Positions 1 through 12,766 are shown, numbered from the stretch's first letter. The stretch is DNA of 55,395 nucleotides from Octopus bimaculoides (GCF_001194135.2 NC_068996.1:9443364-9498758); one strand, 5' to 3'. Notes: generated by a model from the sequence alone, not told the origin. Made by a program: numbers and translations.

Positions 1-29
<29 letters not shown>

Positions 30-32
<3 letters not shown>

Positions 33-222
33 TGTACATTTGTGTGTCTGTATTTGTGCCTCCACCATACCTTGACAACTAATGTTGGTGTGTTTACATC
101 CCTGTAACTTAGTGGTTTGGCAAAAAAGAGCAATAGAATAAGTACTAGTCTTACAAAGATTTGTTCAACTAAAGTCAATGCTCAAGCTTGGCTGCAGTCA
201 AATGACTGAAACAAGTAGAAGA

Positions 223-225
<3 letters not shown>
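30..225 (+). mobile_element. SINE family A, 3' half
   Basis: Matches the body and tail (…cagtcaaatgactgaaacaag) of the full copies at 31791 and 32517. Confidence 0.8.
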
Positions 226-253
<28 letters not shown>

Positions 254-812
254 AGCTGTAGCAAAAAATTTATTTCCATGAACTCTTGCCTTACTCATTC
301 AGTATAGAAAAGCCGACATTAAAATAATTATATGTACATAAGTGGAACAGTCTTCCACACAGTTTTTGAGCTGGAAAATTAGAAGTCAGCAGTCATATTC
401 AGGTAGTGTCGTCATTGCTTTGTATCTGTAGAGATGACATTTGACTCAGATTCCCAAGGCCACCTAGCTGTAAATGATATCACTCTCTGTGTAGGAGCAA
501 GTCATAGCGATAATCAGCTACTGTGAAAGAGAAAATGACAAGTTGGCCCGATAGCTCATTGCACTGAATTTCACTAATTGTTTCTGGTCTAATTACAACA
601 GTAGTTTGCAAACTTGTTTTTCTAGCAATGCACTTTACAACAACTACTAAATATTTCCACGTTATGTTGTACGTAATCTCTGAGGTTGGCTTAATTGGTT
701 CCACTTCTGCATGTAGCTCACATATGGCTCCACAGACACTGCATTGTACAGCAGTAGCCACACCCTGATTTTTGGTTTTGACTGCTGGGTACCACTTTTG
801 AAGGGTTTAGTC

Positions 813-1364
813 CAACGGTTCTTAACTGGGGTCCATCTAATATTCTTGGGTGTCCATGCAACAACATAGTAAATTGGGGGTCCACAATAGTATTTTAAGG
901 ACCCCTGAAAATATCTTACTTTAGATGTATGTATTGGTATGTATTGCAAAAAACAGCTAGGTTTTTTTTTCTAACATCTCACATTGTTCAACCTACACAA
1001 GTTAATGGGTGAAAAACGAGATTGGAATTTTGAAAGAAGTTTCTATAAAACTAGTTTTTAAACATCGAATGATTATGGGAGTCCACCAAAATAAAATAGT
1101 AATGAAAGGGGTCCATAGGTAAAAAAGGGTTAAGAACCCCTGCTTTAGATGTATATATTGGTATGTATTGCAAGAAACAGATTTCTTTTTCGAACAGTTT
1201 ACAGAGTTCAACCTACACAAGTTAATGAGAAAAATGAAAGAGAAATTTTGAAAGGAGTTTCTATAAAACTACTTTTTAAATATTGAATGGCTTTGTGGGT
1301 TCACCAGAATACAACAGTAATCAAAGGGGTCCATAGATAAAAAAAAAATGGTTGAGAACCTCTA
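813..1364. mobile_element. Non-autonomous hAT-type MITE with a duplicated 3' half
   Basis: Left end CAACGGTTCTTAAC; right ends GGTTAAGAACCCCTG (1128-1142) and GGTTGAGAACCTCTA (1350-1364); 8-bp TSD-like flanks GTTTAGTC and GTTTAGTT. Confidence 0.75.
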
Positions 1365-1424
1365 GTTTAGTTAAACAAATCAACCCCAGTGCTTACTTTA
1401 AAGAAAATTTTTTTTTTAAACTCG

Positions 1425-1787
1425 TATTTATTCTATCAGTCAGTTTTGCCCAAGCACTAAGTTACTAGAAAGTAAGCAAATCAACACTGGTTGTCAAAGT
1501 GTCTGAGGGGGCAGACACCAAGACACATATATATCACTGGTTTCTTTCAGTTATGGGGACATAAACATACCAACACTGGTTGTCAAGCAATGATGGGGGA
1601 CAGACACAGATAAAAAGATACATATATACAATGGGCTTCTTTCAGTTTCTGTCTACCAAATCCACTCGCAAAACTTTGGTCAGCCCGAGACTGTAATAGA
1701 AGACACTTGCCCAAGGTGTCACACTGGAGGACAGAACCCAGAACCATGTGGTTGAAAAGCAAACTTCTTACCACACAGCCATACCAG
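1425..1787 (-). mobile_element. SINE family A, diverged, with an internal partial duplication
   Basis: Reverse complement of the family A head and body; the caacactggttgtcaa segment occurs twice. Confidence 0.75.
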
Positions 1788-2223
1788 ATTGTTCTAAAAC
1801 AAATTTAACAGTTTTGGAGAAGACCAATTATGGCCAGGCCCAAAACAGCTGCAGTCACCAGCAGCACAACTGCTATTGGGACCATGACAAAAAAGAAGGA
1901 CCAACACAGTTACAAATAAAACCAGAGTAACTGAGCATCAGAATATTTAGGGGAAGAAAGCTGCTTTAAACCCTAAACCATTCAATGTGAATCATTCCCA
2001 AACTGCTGCCCCTTATATTTCAGAACTCCATATTTTATGGTTAGGATCCCTTTGTTAGGAAATTTATGGAGAAAAGTTGGTATTAACTGACTTCTCCAAA
2101 GATTTCCTGCAGAAAAAATTCCAACCCTGAAATATAGAAATATCAGATTAAAACTATCAACTGGTTTTATTTTTTATAAATTACATTGTCATGGCTTTTA
2201 AAAGAATTTAATTATAAACCTAT

Positions 2224-2585
2224 ACTTGCTTACCAACCACATGGTACCAAGTTCAGTCCCACTGCGTGGCACCTTGGGCAAGTGTCTTCTACTATAGCCT
2301 CGGGCCGACCAAAGCCTTGCGAGTAGATTATTTGGTAAGCGGAAACTTAAAGAAGCTCGTCGTATATATGTATATGTATATGTTTGTGTGTCTGTATTTG
2401 TCCCTCCAACATCGCTTGACAACCGATGCTGGTGTGTTTACGTCCCCGTAACTTAACGGTTCGGCATAAGAGGCCGATAGAATAAGTACTAGGCTTCCAA
2501 AGAATAAGTCCTGGGGTCGATTTGCTTGACTAAAGGCGGTGCTCCAGCATGGCCAAAGTCAAATGATTGAAGCAAGTAAAAGAGT
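2224..2585 (+). mobile_element. SINE family A, near full length
   Basis: tRNA-like head remnant, CCTTGGGCAAGTGTCTT core-like motif, internal (TA)/(TG) tract, family A tail. Confidence 0.85.
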
Positions 2586-2622
2586 ATATATATATGTATA
2601 ATATATATATATATATATATAA

Positions 2623-2755
2623 CATCATCATCATTTAACATCTGCTTTCCATGCTGGCATGGGTTAGACGGTTTGACTGGAACTAGTAAGCTGGAGAGTT
2701 GCACCAAGTTCCGGTCTGATTTGGCATGGCTTTTACAGCTGGATGCCCTTCCTAA
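2623..2755 (-). mobile_element. SINE-like family B, 3' end with (GAT)n tail
   Basis: Reverse complement of AGGAAGGGCATCCAGCTGTA…GCATGGAAAGCAGATGTTAAATGATGATG. Confidence 0.8.
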
Positions 2756-3699
2756 TATATATGTTTATGTTTGTGTCTATACATGGGCATATGTATGTAA
2801 TATGTATATGTTTGTGTGTGAATGTAAGATAAATCTGAATACAAAAGAGGCTGGTTTGTAGTCTATGTTAGCAAGAATTTGTATTATATAGAGAAATTGA
2901 CAGAAAGAATACAGTGAAATTGCCATGAAGAGTGGAAAAATTGAATATTTCCTACTGAGTCCTTCTTCTGAGTAAATTTGACAGCAGTGTTTTGCATCAT
3001 CTATGTTTGAGAAACTGGCTGCTACTGACGGGGAACTCAAGACAACATCAGCTAGCATATATAGACAAGGAGTAGGAGGAGAGAGAAACTTTGTAAAGAG
3101 TTTGAAGAGGAAAGGAACAGAACGAAGAGAAGCAAGTAAGCAAAGGTGATGTGGAAGGAAATAGGTTGTGTGAGAATATGAACAGAACTTGTACGCAAGT
3201 CAAATGGAAAATTATATAAACATATGAAATGAAACAAGCAAAAAAAAAATTAAAATGGCAGAAAACGTTAGGGGCACACACACCCCCACTAGATGCCCAT
3301 AGCATCAGAGGAAGCTATGCCACCTGTATACACACATACACTCACACACATGCGCACACACACATATTTATGTGCATATAGAGATGAAAGAGTTAAATAT
3401 GTAGTGCTTTTAAAGAATCTCGTTTGACAAACTGGACAGTGAATGTGAAGGGGGGGGGTCTTAGATGGGCGCGTCAGTGTCAGTGTTTGCTAAAAACACC
3501 AGTTCTATTGATCTCACCTGTCAGGTGAGTCCTGCAAAAACTATGGCCTCTTCCTTTACCCTTCCCCCACTCCACCGCCATTCTCAGTCTAAGTAATAAT
3601 TTTAAAACTACACCATTTTCTCACTCTCTGAGACTTGTTTAGTAAATCAAGTCAAATTTGAGCAGAACCAACTTTAAGTGTCTGGTAATCCACCCCCTC

Positions 3700-3960
3700 T
3701 ATATATCTCTCTCTTTCTCTCTCTCTCTCCCTCTCCCCCCCCTCTCTCTCCCTCTCTCTCTCTCCCTCTCCCTCTCTCTCTCTCTCCCTCTCTCTGTCTA
3801 TCTACATTTTCTTATCTACCTCAGCTTACTGTGTTTCTTTTCTTCTTTTTTCCACTCTTTCTACTTCATTGTTCCCTTCCTCTCAGACCTCCCCCTCATT
3901 CACTTTTCTTATCCCCCCCCCACTCTCTCTCTCTCTCAATTTTTTTCTTTCTTCCCCATT
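3700..3960. repeat. (CT)n-rich polypyrimidine low-complexity tract
   Basis: Directly visible; it generates the spurious LSLSL ORFs. Confidence 0.9.
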
Positions 3961-4489
3961 TCCTCATTCAGTGTGAAAGATCTTGTGCCAGTTTGCCTTA
4001 TCTCCAAATATGGTCTCTTTAGTAAACAAGTTGCCATTCTCTCATAAATAATTCCAGGTATAAATATTTACTAAACTACTTTCTCTGGCTTTCCCACCTA
4101 CCAACAGGCTCTTCTCTAACTGGGGACTCCTTGGAGTATTTCAGATCTATCATCATTATCATCATCATCATTATCATTGAAATATTCTGCTGTTATTAAA
4201 TTATTTTGTGATTGTTGTGTACTTTGCCGGAAAATTACATGTCTTGTCCATCATTAAAACATTTTAAATATAAAAAAAAGAACATTAAATATTTTGTTTC
4301 CGTTGCTTTCTCATACCATTCATTTTGGAATTCTTAGAAATCCTTACAATGACAGTAAAAGAGATGTTCTGGCATTTTTTTTTTTTTTCGGTGGGTGGAC
4401 GGGTGGCAGAATTGTATTGAGGTAGAGAAAGATGGAGGAGCAGTTACCATAATATTTGTGTAACTTTCTCCCACTCTAGTGAAACTGGT

Positions 4490-4700
4490 TGTCATCATTA
4501 TCATCATTTAATGTCCGTCTTCCATGCTACCATGTCTTGTACAGTTTGACCAGAGCTGGCAAGCTAGGGATTCAGCTTGGTTTCTGCAGCTGGATGCCCT
4601 TCCTTATGCCAACCACTTTACAGAGTGTGCTGGGTGCTTTTACATAGTGCCAGCATGGGTGCTATTTATGTGGCACCAGCATTGGTGTCTTTTACACTAT
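4490..4700 (-). mobile_element. SINE-like family B copy
   Basis: cagctggatgcccttcct and ccaaccact motifs, with a (CAT)n tail on the + strand. Confidence 0.75.
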
Positions 4701-4914
4701 CACAGGTACTTTTTATGTGACCAATGGCAAAGGTGCTTTGTTACATGACCTGTGGCTTCAGCACAGGTCTCTTGCTAGGTTAAAAAAAAAAAAACAACCC
4801 TTCAGCTACGAGGGGGAGCATTAACAATTCTGCTGTGTTGGACAAGTCTTCTTCTTGAGTACATCTCATTTGACATTCTGTTAGTGTATATATTTTTATA
4901 GATCTCTTGGCTGA

Positions 4915-5215
4915 GCTGCTAAGGTAGAGATGTAAACAAACCAACACTGGTTGTCAAATGGCAGTGGTGGTGGTGGGACGGGGGGAAAACACGAACACAA
5001 AGACACACATAGATATACATATATATATATACACACACATACATACACACACAGATGATGAGCTTCTCTTAGTTTCCAATCTACCGAATCCACTCAAGGC
5101 TTATTGTTGGCCTAGGGCTTTGGTAGAAGACACTTGCCCAAGGTACTGGGCAGTGGGACTGAACTTGAAACCATGTGGTTGGGAAGCAAATGTTCTTGCC
5201 ATACAGCCATACCTG
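4915..5215 (-). mobile_element. SINE family A copy
   Basis: gaagacacttgcccaagg and gggactgaac…ccatgtggttgg. Confidence 0.8.
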
Positions 5216-5266
5216 AATGGTGAGAACAAAATGCAGCAATGGAAATTATCAGTGCCCCCCCCCCCT

Positions 5267-5312
<46 letters not shown>

Positions 5313-5958
5313 TTTTCTCTCATGGTTGGATGTCAATAACCTACACTGTTATCAGCCAAGTAAACTGAGACAAGCAGTCTTATGTCTTCTGCTCACGAGC
5401 ACAGCTGGAAGATGTGAGGATGGGGCTCTTTTTTTAATTTACATTATTTTGGAAACAGTTGGAATATTTAAATTATTTAAGTAAAGAATTTAAGATTATA
5501 ATCACTTTCTTCATTGTGAGTGGATTTACTTTTCTGTCATTGTATTCTAACGAGCTGCATGTTTGCTGCTTGTGTGCATATGCATCATTTTAGAGTTGTG
5601 TGTTAATAACTCGTGTGTGTGTGTGTTAATGATTGTGTGTGAGTGTGGAAATAAGCACTTTTCATATTTAACTTAATAGTATAAATTCAAATTTTTTGTC
5701 CCCTCTTGCTTTTCTCTTACAGACAATATTCCTGATGTTCTTTTAATCCCCCCCCCCAAATTGTTTTTTTTTTTTTAAATTTATTTGATCAGTTTTCAAA
5801 TAGAGTTAATTAAAGAAAATTGTTTACAGCTAATTAACAGGAATAAAAATTACAACATTAGTTTCTTCATTTTGTAATATTTGATAAAGAAAGAAAGAAA
5901 AATATTTTTCAAACATTTTTTTTTTTTTAAATTTTTATTTTGATGTGATTTCTTAAGA

Positions 5959-6159
<201 letters not shown>

Positions 6160-6210
6160 TTAAAGGTGAATATAATATGACAACAATAATAACGATTTCA
6201 TGTGCATGTG

Positions 6211-6260
6211 AATAAATACGTCTGTGGGTTTTTGTTTTGTTTTTTTTGTTTGTTTGTTAA
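6211..6260 (+). terminator. Proximal polyadenylation signal of KLF with downstream GU/U-rich element
   Basis: AATAAA at 6211-6216, followed by TCTGTGGGTTTTTGTTTTGTTTTTTTTGTTTGTTTG; a second AATAAA lies at 6323-6328. Confidence 0.6.
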
Positions 6261-6693
6261 AGGTGTTTCGGGAAATGACTTCTTTCATTTCCAATATTTC
6301 TGTTTCCTTTATTAACGATCCTAATAAACCATTGGTTTAATGAAGCACATTGTGCCTTTGCATATGTTGATGATGATGATGGTGACAGTGGTGTTGTGGA
6401 TTGTGGTGGTGGTGGTGGCGGCAATGGTGACAACAACAAAGAAGAAGAATTAGGTTTCTGCTACATCAATGGAACTACTACTAGTAGTAGTGGTAGTAGT
6501 AGTAGTAATCTAAAATTGGATGTATGCATATATCAACACGCATGTGAGTGTGTGTGTGTATGCGCGTGTGCATATCTTTATTCTTTAAATTCTCTTAGTG
6601 TCGCATAAATATGTCGTTACTAGGTCGAGATGTTTCTTAAATCCATTGATGGTGTTTTGAGATTGTTTTTGAGGTATGACCTTTATATACTGT

Positions 6694-6739
<46 letters not shown>

Positions 6740-6802
6740 NNNNNNNNNNNNNNNNNNNNNNNNNNNNNNNNNNNNNNNNNNNNNNNNNNNNNNNNNNNNN
6801 NN
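6740..6802. other. Assembly gap inside a (CT)n microsatellite
   Basis: N run; the other gaps are at 18300-18955, 45907-45984, 49855-50376 and 53167-54145. Confidence 1.
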
Positions 6803-6860
<58 letters not shown>

Positions 6861-7691
6861 AGCCTAACTGGATGGTTACAGAGTTCACGTTACAACCGCA
6901 TGGTTACAGAGTTCACGTTACAACCGCATGGTTTTAGGTTCGTTTCCATTGTAAGAAATCTCAGACAAGTGTCTTTTACTAAAGCCTTGTACAGCCTAAC
7001 ACTTTCATCATCATCATCATCATCATCATTTAACATCCTGTTCTCCTTCCTGGCATAGGTTGCACAGTTTGATAGAATCCAAGACATCAGACTCAGCAAT
7101 GACACCCTGGTCTCACGCCATCTCCACTCTAATGGTCATTCACTACAATACCTGTCTGTGTCCAGATTGTCTTTGCACAGGGGCCATCTGGACTCCTGCC
7201 TTTGCCATGAACAGGAATTAATCTTCTCTCTTCGCTCCTTTGTGCCACATGGGCTCAACTCCCCTTCTCTCTTCATCTGACACCAGCTTCCTCTCTTCAC
7301 TCCTACCCACCTTCTCTCTTCATTGATACCATACCTCATCCCTACCTCCACCCCACAGCCCCACACCCATACATCCCTACATACACACACCACCCACGCC
7401 ACTCCACACACTAGCACTGACCACTTCCCAGCACCCACACCATATACCATCATCCACTCACCATCATCCACACACCCATACATTACAGATGCACACACTT
7501 ACACATGCATACATCCACACACGTCAAAGTCACTAGCCGCTATACACTTACACTTCTCACATACACACACATGCGCACCTTTGTTTTGGGATCAGCAACA
7601 CTTTATTATCTCCCCTTCTTTCAACCTCTCCTGTAAAGCCTTTTTTTAACCAACTAGTTGCCATGCTTGGCTGCTAAATTCACAAGCTTTT

Positions 7692-7860
7692 TTTTATTCT
7701 CTCTCTGTTTATTTTCTCTTATTCCTTTCTGTTGAAGAGCAAAGGCTCAAAACATAAAAGATTGTTTCGCTTTCCTGAGTGTTAAACTAATACACCTGCT
7801 TGTTGTTCATATACCTGTCTTCGTCTTTTGTTATTCTGTAAATTTCAACTATATATATGT
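7692..7860 (+). mobile_element. Short PLE-like repeat carrying a degenerate minimal hammerhead-like motif
   Basis: CTTT-CTGTTGA-A-GAGC-aaag-GCTC-AAAA-CA-TA-AAAG; homologous to the minus-strand copies at about 25.7, 28.5 and 30.6 kb. Confidence 0.6.
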
Positions 7861-8429
7861 ATGTATAAAAATGTATGGGTTGTGTGGAAGGACCAGTGGT
7901 TTGGGAGCACCCTACTGGAATTTGTTTGGGTCTTAATAGAGGATGATACACCCATGCCAAAAATTCTTTTGCATGGCCAACAAGTAGAAGAATTCAGTGG
8001 TAAAGGAAGACACCCCCTCCCCCCTTATGAAGTATAAGAATAACTTGAAACAATTTCTAAAATCTCTACAGTTTAATTTAACATTTGAGAGCAAACTGGA
8101 TGGTATAAAATGTGTCGTGATGCATCTAAACAATTTTGAAGAAACTAAGCTATAAAAGAATTATATCCTGCAATCAACAGACACGCTTGCCCAATCCCAG
8201 ACAAAATCAAAATCATTTTTGCACCCATTGGGACTTCATAGCAAAATCCATTCATTGACTCAAATTACATCCATGCATTCATCATAAATAAATGCAGCTT
8301 ATTTTTTTCAATCCCATTTTTTTGAAAAAAATTTATTTTTAATCCATTCCTTCAAATACTCATACTTCCAGATTGACGGAAGTGACCATTGTGAGCATTA
8401 TTATTTAATGTTATTTATCAATTTTGATA

Positions 8430-8612
8430 TAATGATTTGGTAGAGGTGTTAGCACACCGGACAAAATGCTTTGCAGTATTTCGTTTGTCTTTACATTCTG
8501 AGTTCAAATTCAGCCGAGATTGACTTCGCCTTTCATCCTTTTAGGGTTAATAAAATTAAGTATCAATGAAGGTTGACATAATTGACCACTAAAATTTCAG
8601 GCATTATTATTA

Positions 8613-8642
<30 letters not shown>
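8430..8642 (+). mobile_element. SINE family C unit with (TAT)n tail
   Basis: ttctgagttcaaatt (B-box-like) and gcctttcatcctttt…aaaattaagta. Confidence 0.75.
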
Positions 8643-8643
<1 letters not shown>

Positions 8644-8644
<1 letters not shown>

Positions 8645-9175
8645 GAGAGAGAGCAGTGTATGCCATCAAAATGACGCTGGGGTAAAATATACGAAGCCCA
8701 GTATACCCATTATGACTACCTGTCTGATAAGGGTACACCAGGCACATGCATCACAACCATATGTGCACGACATGGTGATCTCATATCAAGATAAACAGCG
8801 CATGACCTTGCAGGTGGGGCTCAGTTAGAATTTTCTTAAGGTCGAGTGGCCCATCTCGCTCAAAAGGTCCCTGAATAAGGTTTGTTTAAGGATGTTGAGC
8901 AAAATACCCATGTTTCCAAAGGTGAATTATTCAAGCCCCAAAGAATTCCTCTCAACACATGGCTATGAATCTCCCCTGACTACTCCTGCTCGTGATCAGA
9001 GATGCACATATTGTCAGTCAGTAAGGGACATGCTCAACTGGTTAAGGTCAAACAACTGACAAGCAATTCTGTGGTATTTAGCAGAATATTTGCTGTAGAC
9101 CATTTTTTATACCAAGACAAAACAATGTACATGATAGCACTTCCAATCAATTAAGATCAGAAGCCATGAGAGCCA
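8644..9175 (-). mobile_element. Unclassified ~530-bp element F, bounded on both sides by (TAT)n
   Basis: GC-richer non-coding segment between two TAT microsatellites. Single copy in the window. Orientation is inferred from a putative (AAT)n tail. Confidence 0.45.
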
Positions 9176-9199
9176 TTTATTATTATTATTATTATTATT

Positions 9200-10135
9200 A
9201 AGAAGGCAGCAAGCCAGCAGAATTGTGAGCACATTGGGTAATAATGCTTAGTGGCATTTCTTCCATCTTCACATTCTGAGTTCAAATTCTGCCAAGGTCA
9301 TCTTTGTCATTCTTTTGGAGTTGATAAAGTAAGTACCAGTTGAGTATTGGGGTCGATGTAATTGACTTATCCTCTCTCCTGGAATTTCTGGCCTTGTGCC
9401 AAAATTTGAAATCATTATTATTATTATTATTTATAAAGTAGTGAACTGGCAGAATCCTTAGCACATCAGTCAAAATGGTTAGTGGAATTTTGTCTGTTTT
9501 TAAATTCTGAGTTCAAATTCAGCCAATGTCGACTTTGCATTATTTCATCCTTTCAGGGTCGTCAATAAAATAAGTGCCAGTTCTACATTGGCGGTCAATC
9601 TAATCCACTTAGCTCTCTCCCCCAAATTTGCTGGCCGTGTGCCAAAATTTCAAGCCATTATTATTAAAGGTGGTGAGCTCTGGCAGAATCGTTAGCAGAC
9701 CGGGCAAAATGCTTAGTGGTATTTCATCCCGTCTTTATGTTCTGATTTCAAATTCCACTGAGGTTGACTTTGCCTTTCATCTTTGCGGGGCCAATGAAAT
9801 AAGTATCAGTTGAACACTGGGGTCAATGTGATCGAGTGATTGACTTACTCCTTCCCCACAAATTTCAGGCCTTATGTTTATAGTAGAAAGGTTTGTTATT
9901 ATTGTTGTTATTATTATTATTATTATTGTTATTATTATTATTATTATTAATAAGGTGCTGAACTGGCAGAATTGTTAGAATGCTGGACAAAATGCTTAGT
10001 TCAAATTCTGCCACGGTCAGCTTTGCTTTTCATCCTTTCAGGGTCGATAAATTAAGTACCAGTGAAACAATGGGGTCAATGTAATTGACTAGTCCTATCC
10101 CCCACAATGGTTGCCCTTGTGGCAAAATTTAATGT
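9200..10135 (+). repeat. Head-to-tail array of about 4 family C SINE units
   Basis: Repeated aaggc-gc-agctggcagaat…gagttcaaattc…ggggtcgat…ggccttgtg, each unit followed by (TAT)n or an AT-rich linker. Confidence 0.85.
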
Positions 10136-10871
10136 AAGTTTGCTAATTGTTTTTAATTCAAACTTTATAAATGAAACAAAGAATTCTTTCTTTTGCAGAT
10201 GCAGCAGAAACGACTGTTTGTAGAGGAACTGCCTTCTAAGATCAGATGTAATGTAATATACTTTTTACAATGTGTGTGTGTGCGTATATATTTATATATA
10301 CATACATACAAAAACATAAATATATATTTATAAATATATATATATATATGTATGTATATATATATAAACACATACATATATATACATGATACAGAGATGC
10401 GCACATACATGTGTGTTTGCAAGTGTATATATGCATGTTTGAATATATAAACATATGTGCATATGCAGTGCATTTTTATGCACACACCATGAATTACAAT
10501 ACATGCACATGCATATATATTGGACACAACAAACACATACTCTTGCTGTCACCTGCGTGTTGCATACACAATTCCAAACCTGGAGGAATCTATCTATTCA
10601 CGGAAGGATTACATGTTATATTAGAAATTTTACCAATTTTACACATTGATACAAATGGAAGAAGGAATGGCGGGGAAATGGGACGAATTTTGGTCTCCTG
10701 TGTTTTTTTTTTTGTCTGTTTTGTTTTTCTCCTGTTTGGGTGGGTGGAGAAGGGGAACCATAACTTCATCCTTCTCAAATTACTTTTCTGATTCACTCCT
10801 AAAGATTTTGCATAAACTGGCAGTTTCAAAAGAGTGGAATGGAGACTGATTTTCATCTACTTGCAGAATGC

Positions 10872-10913
<42 letters not shown>

Positions 10914-11159
10914 CATTATTATTGTCACCGTCATCATCATCGTCATCATTGTCGTCATCGTCAGTGAGGTGGATCTGTTGGTTCAGCAGTAATTTTTCCA
11001 GCAGAAATGACATCCACAACAAACCCGACTTCAATTCCTTTTGTCTCTTAAGGGGAAACTATCTTGAGGCACGGGTAGGGAGGAGAAAAAAAGGGAAATC
11101 TTGAACATCACAACATCACATTACTCTTTCTCCCAATAATTCCATCATAAGAAATAGCA

Positions 11160-12105
11160 GTTATTATTATTATTATTATTGTTATTTCCGCTAGGTCAAC
11201 TTTACTTTTTATCCTTTTGGGGTCAATAAATTAAGTACTAGCTGAGTGGTAGAATCAACGTAATCCCCCAAATTTCAGGCCTTGTGCCTATAGTAGAAAG
11301 GATTATTATTATTTCCACCAGGGTCGACTTTTGGCAGGACGGGACTAATTGATGGCATTGACCCCTAAGTAGAAAGGATTATTATTATTTCCGCCGGAGT
11401 CGATAAAATAAGACCCAGTTTAACACTGGGGTCAATGTAATCGACTAGTTCCCCTCCCCCCGAATTCTAGGCTTTGTGCCTATAGTAGAAAAGATAATTA
11501 TTATTATCATTAAGGCAGTGAGTTGGCAGTATCGTTAATGTGTTAGACAAAACACACAGCAGCATTTCTTCGGCTTTGTCTTTACTTTTCATCCTTTAGG
11601 AGTTGATAAAATAAAGTACCAGTGAAGTACTGGGGGTCAATGTAATCAACTTGAAGTTGCTGGCCTTGTGCTAAAATCTGAAATAATGATTATTATTATT
11701 ATTATCATTATCATTGTAAGGCAGCAAGCTGGTAGACCTATTAGGATGCTGGACAGAGTGCTTATTGGCATTTGTTTTTACATTCGGAGTTCAAATTCCA
11801 CCAAAGTCGACTTTGCCTTTCATCTTTTTGGGTCGATGAAATGGATACCAGTTGACCACTGAGTACAATGCAATCAACTAGCCCCATCCTGCCAAAATTT
11901 CAGGCCTTATGCCAATAGTAGAAAGAATTATTATTATTATTATTGTTACTATTCTGAGTTCAAATTCCACTGAGGTCAGCTTTGCCTTTCGTCCTTTCGA
12001 GGTCGATAAAATAAGTACCAGTTGAGTACTGGGGGGTCAATCTAATCGACTGACCCCCTCCTCCTCCTCCAAATTTCAGGCCTTGTGCCTATAGTAGAAA
12101 GGATT
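11160..12105 (+). repeat. Second head-to-tail array of about 6 full or partial family C units
   Basis: Repeated aaatttcaggccttgtgcctatagtagaaaggattattatt tails. Confidence 0.85.
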
Positions 12106-12735
12106 GGCTGTTGTTATTGACAGCAAAGGTACCTGCAAAAGAGCAATAAATGCTCGTGTTCCCACCCGGAAGAATATGTGTATGCAAAAGATTTCTCCCC
12201 ATTTATTCCCAAGCTTCCCTCACACACACACACTTGTGATTCTAACCCAAAGGCTTCATGCCTATTTAAGAAATCATCATCTTTATCTTCACTGTCATCA
12301 TCATCATCATCATCATTATTATTATTATTGAGAAAATTATAATTATTATTATTATTACTGTTGTTGTTTCTTTTTCTAAGAATATGGCTGCCACTGCCCT
12401 TGCCATTATTACTATTATTATTATTATCATTATTATTATTATTATTATTACTACCCAGTGTTCCTTGTCTGCTCCACACTACATTGTTTCATTACGCCGT
12501 TTTGTATATTTTTGTCTCAAGTCTCCAAAAAAAAAAAAGCAAAAAAAAACAGCAGAAAAAAGAAACAAAGAAAGAATTTTTATTACTATGATTACTATGG
12601 CACTGTCTTGCCTCATATAATATGGTTTCAATAATAATTTTATTGAATATCTTCTTTTTTTTTTTTGATTTTTTTTTTTTAACGAAGGGTCGGGATGGGG
12701 TTGAATCTTCTGTTAAATTATTATTATTATAATTA

Positions 12736-12766
<31 letters not shown>

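Noticed and set aside
480-761. 93-aa minus-strand ORF with a CSVC motif
   Set aside because: Non-ATG start, a single CxxC, no second metal-binding pair and no recognisable family
8644-9175. Possible 5S- or snRNA-derived head of element F
   Set aside because: Only vague word-level similarity by eye, insufficient to call
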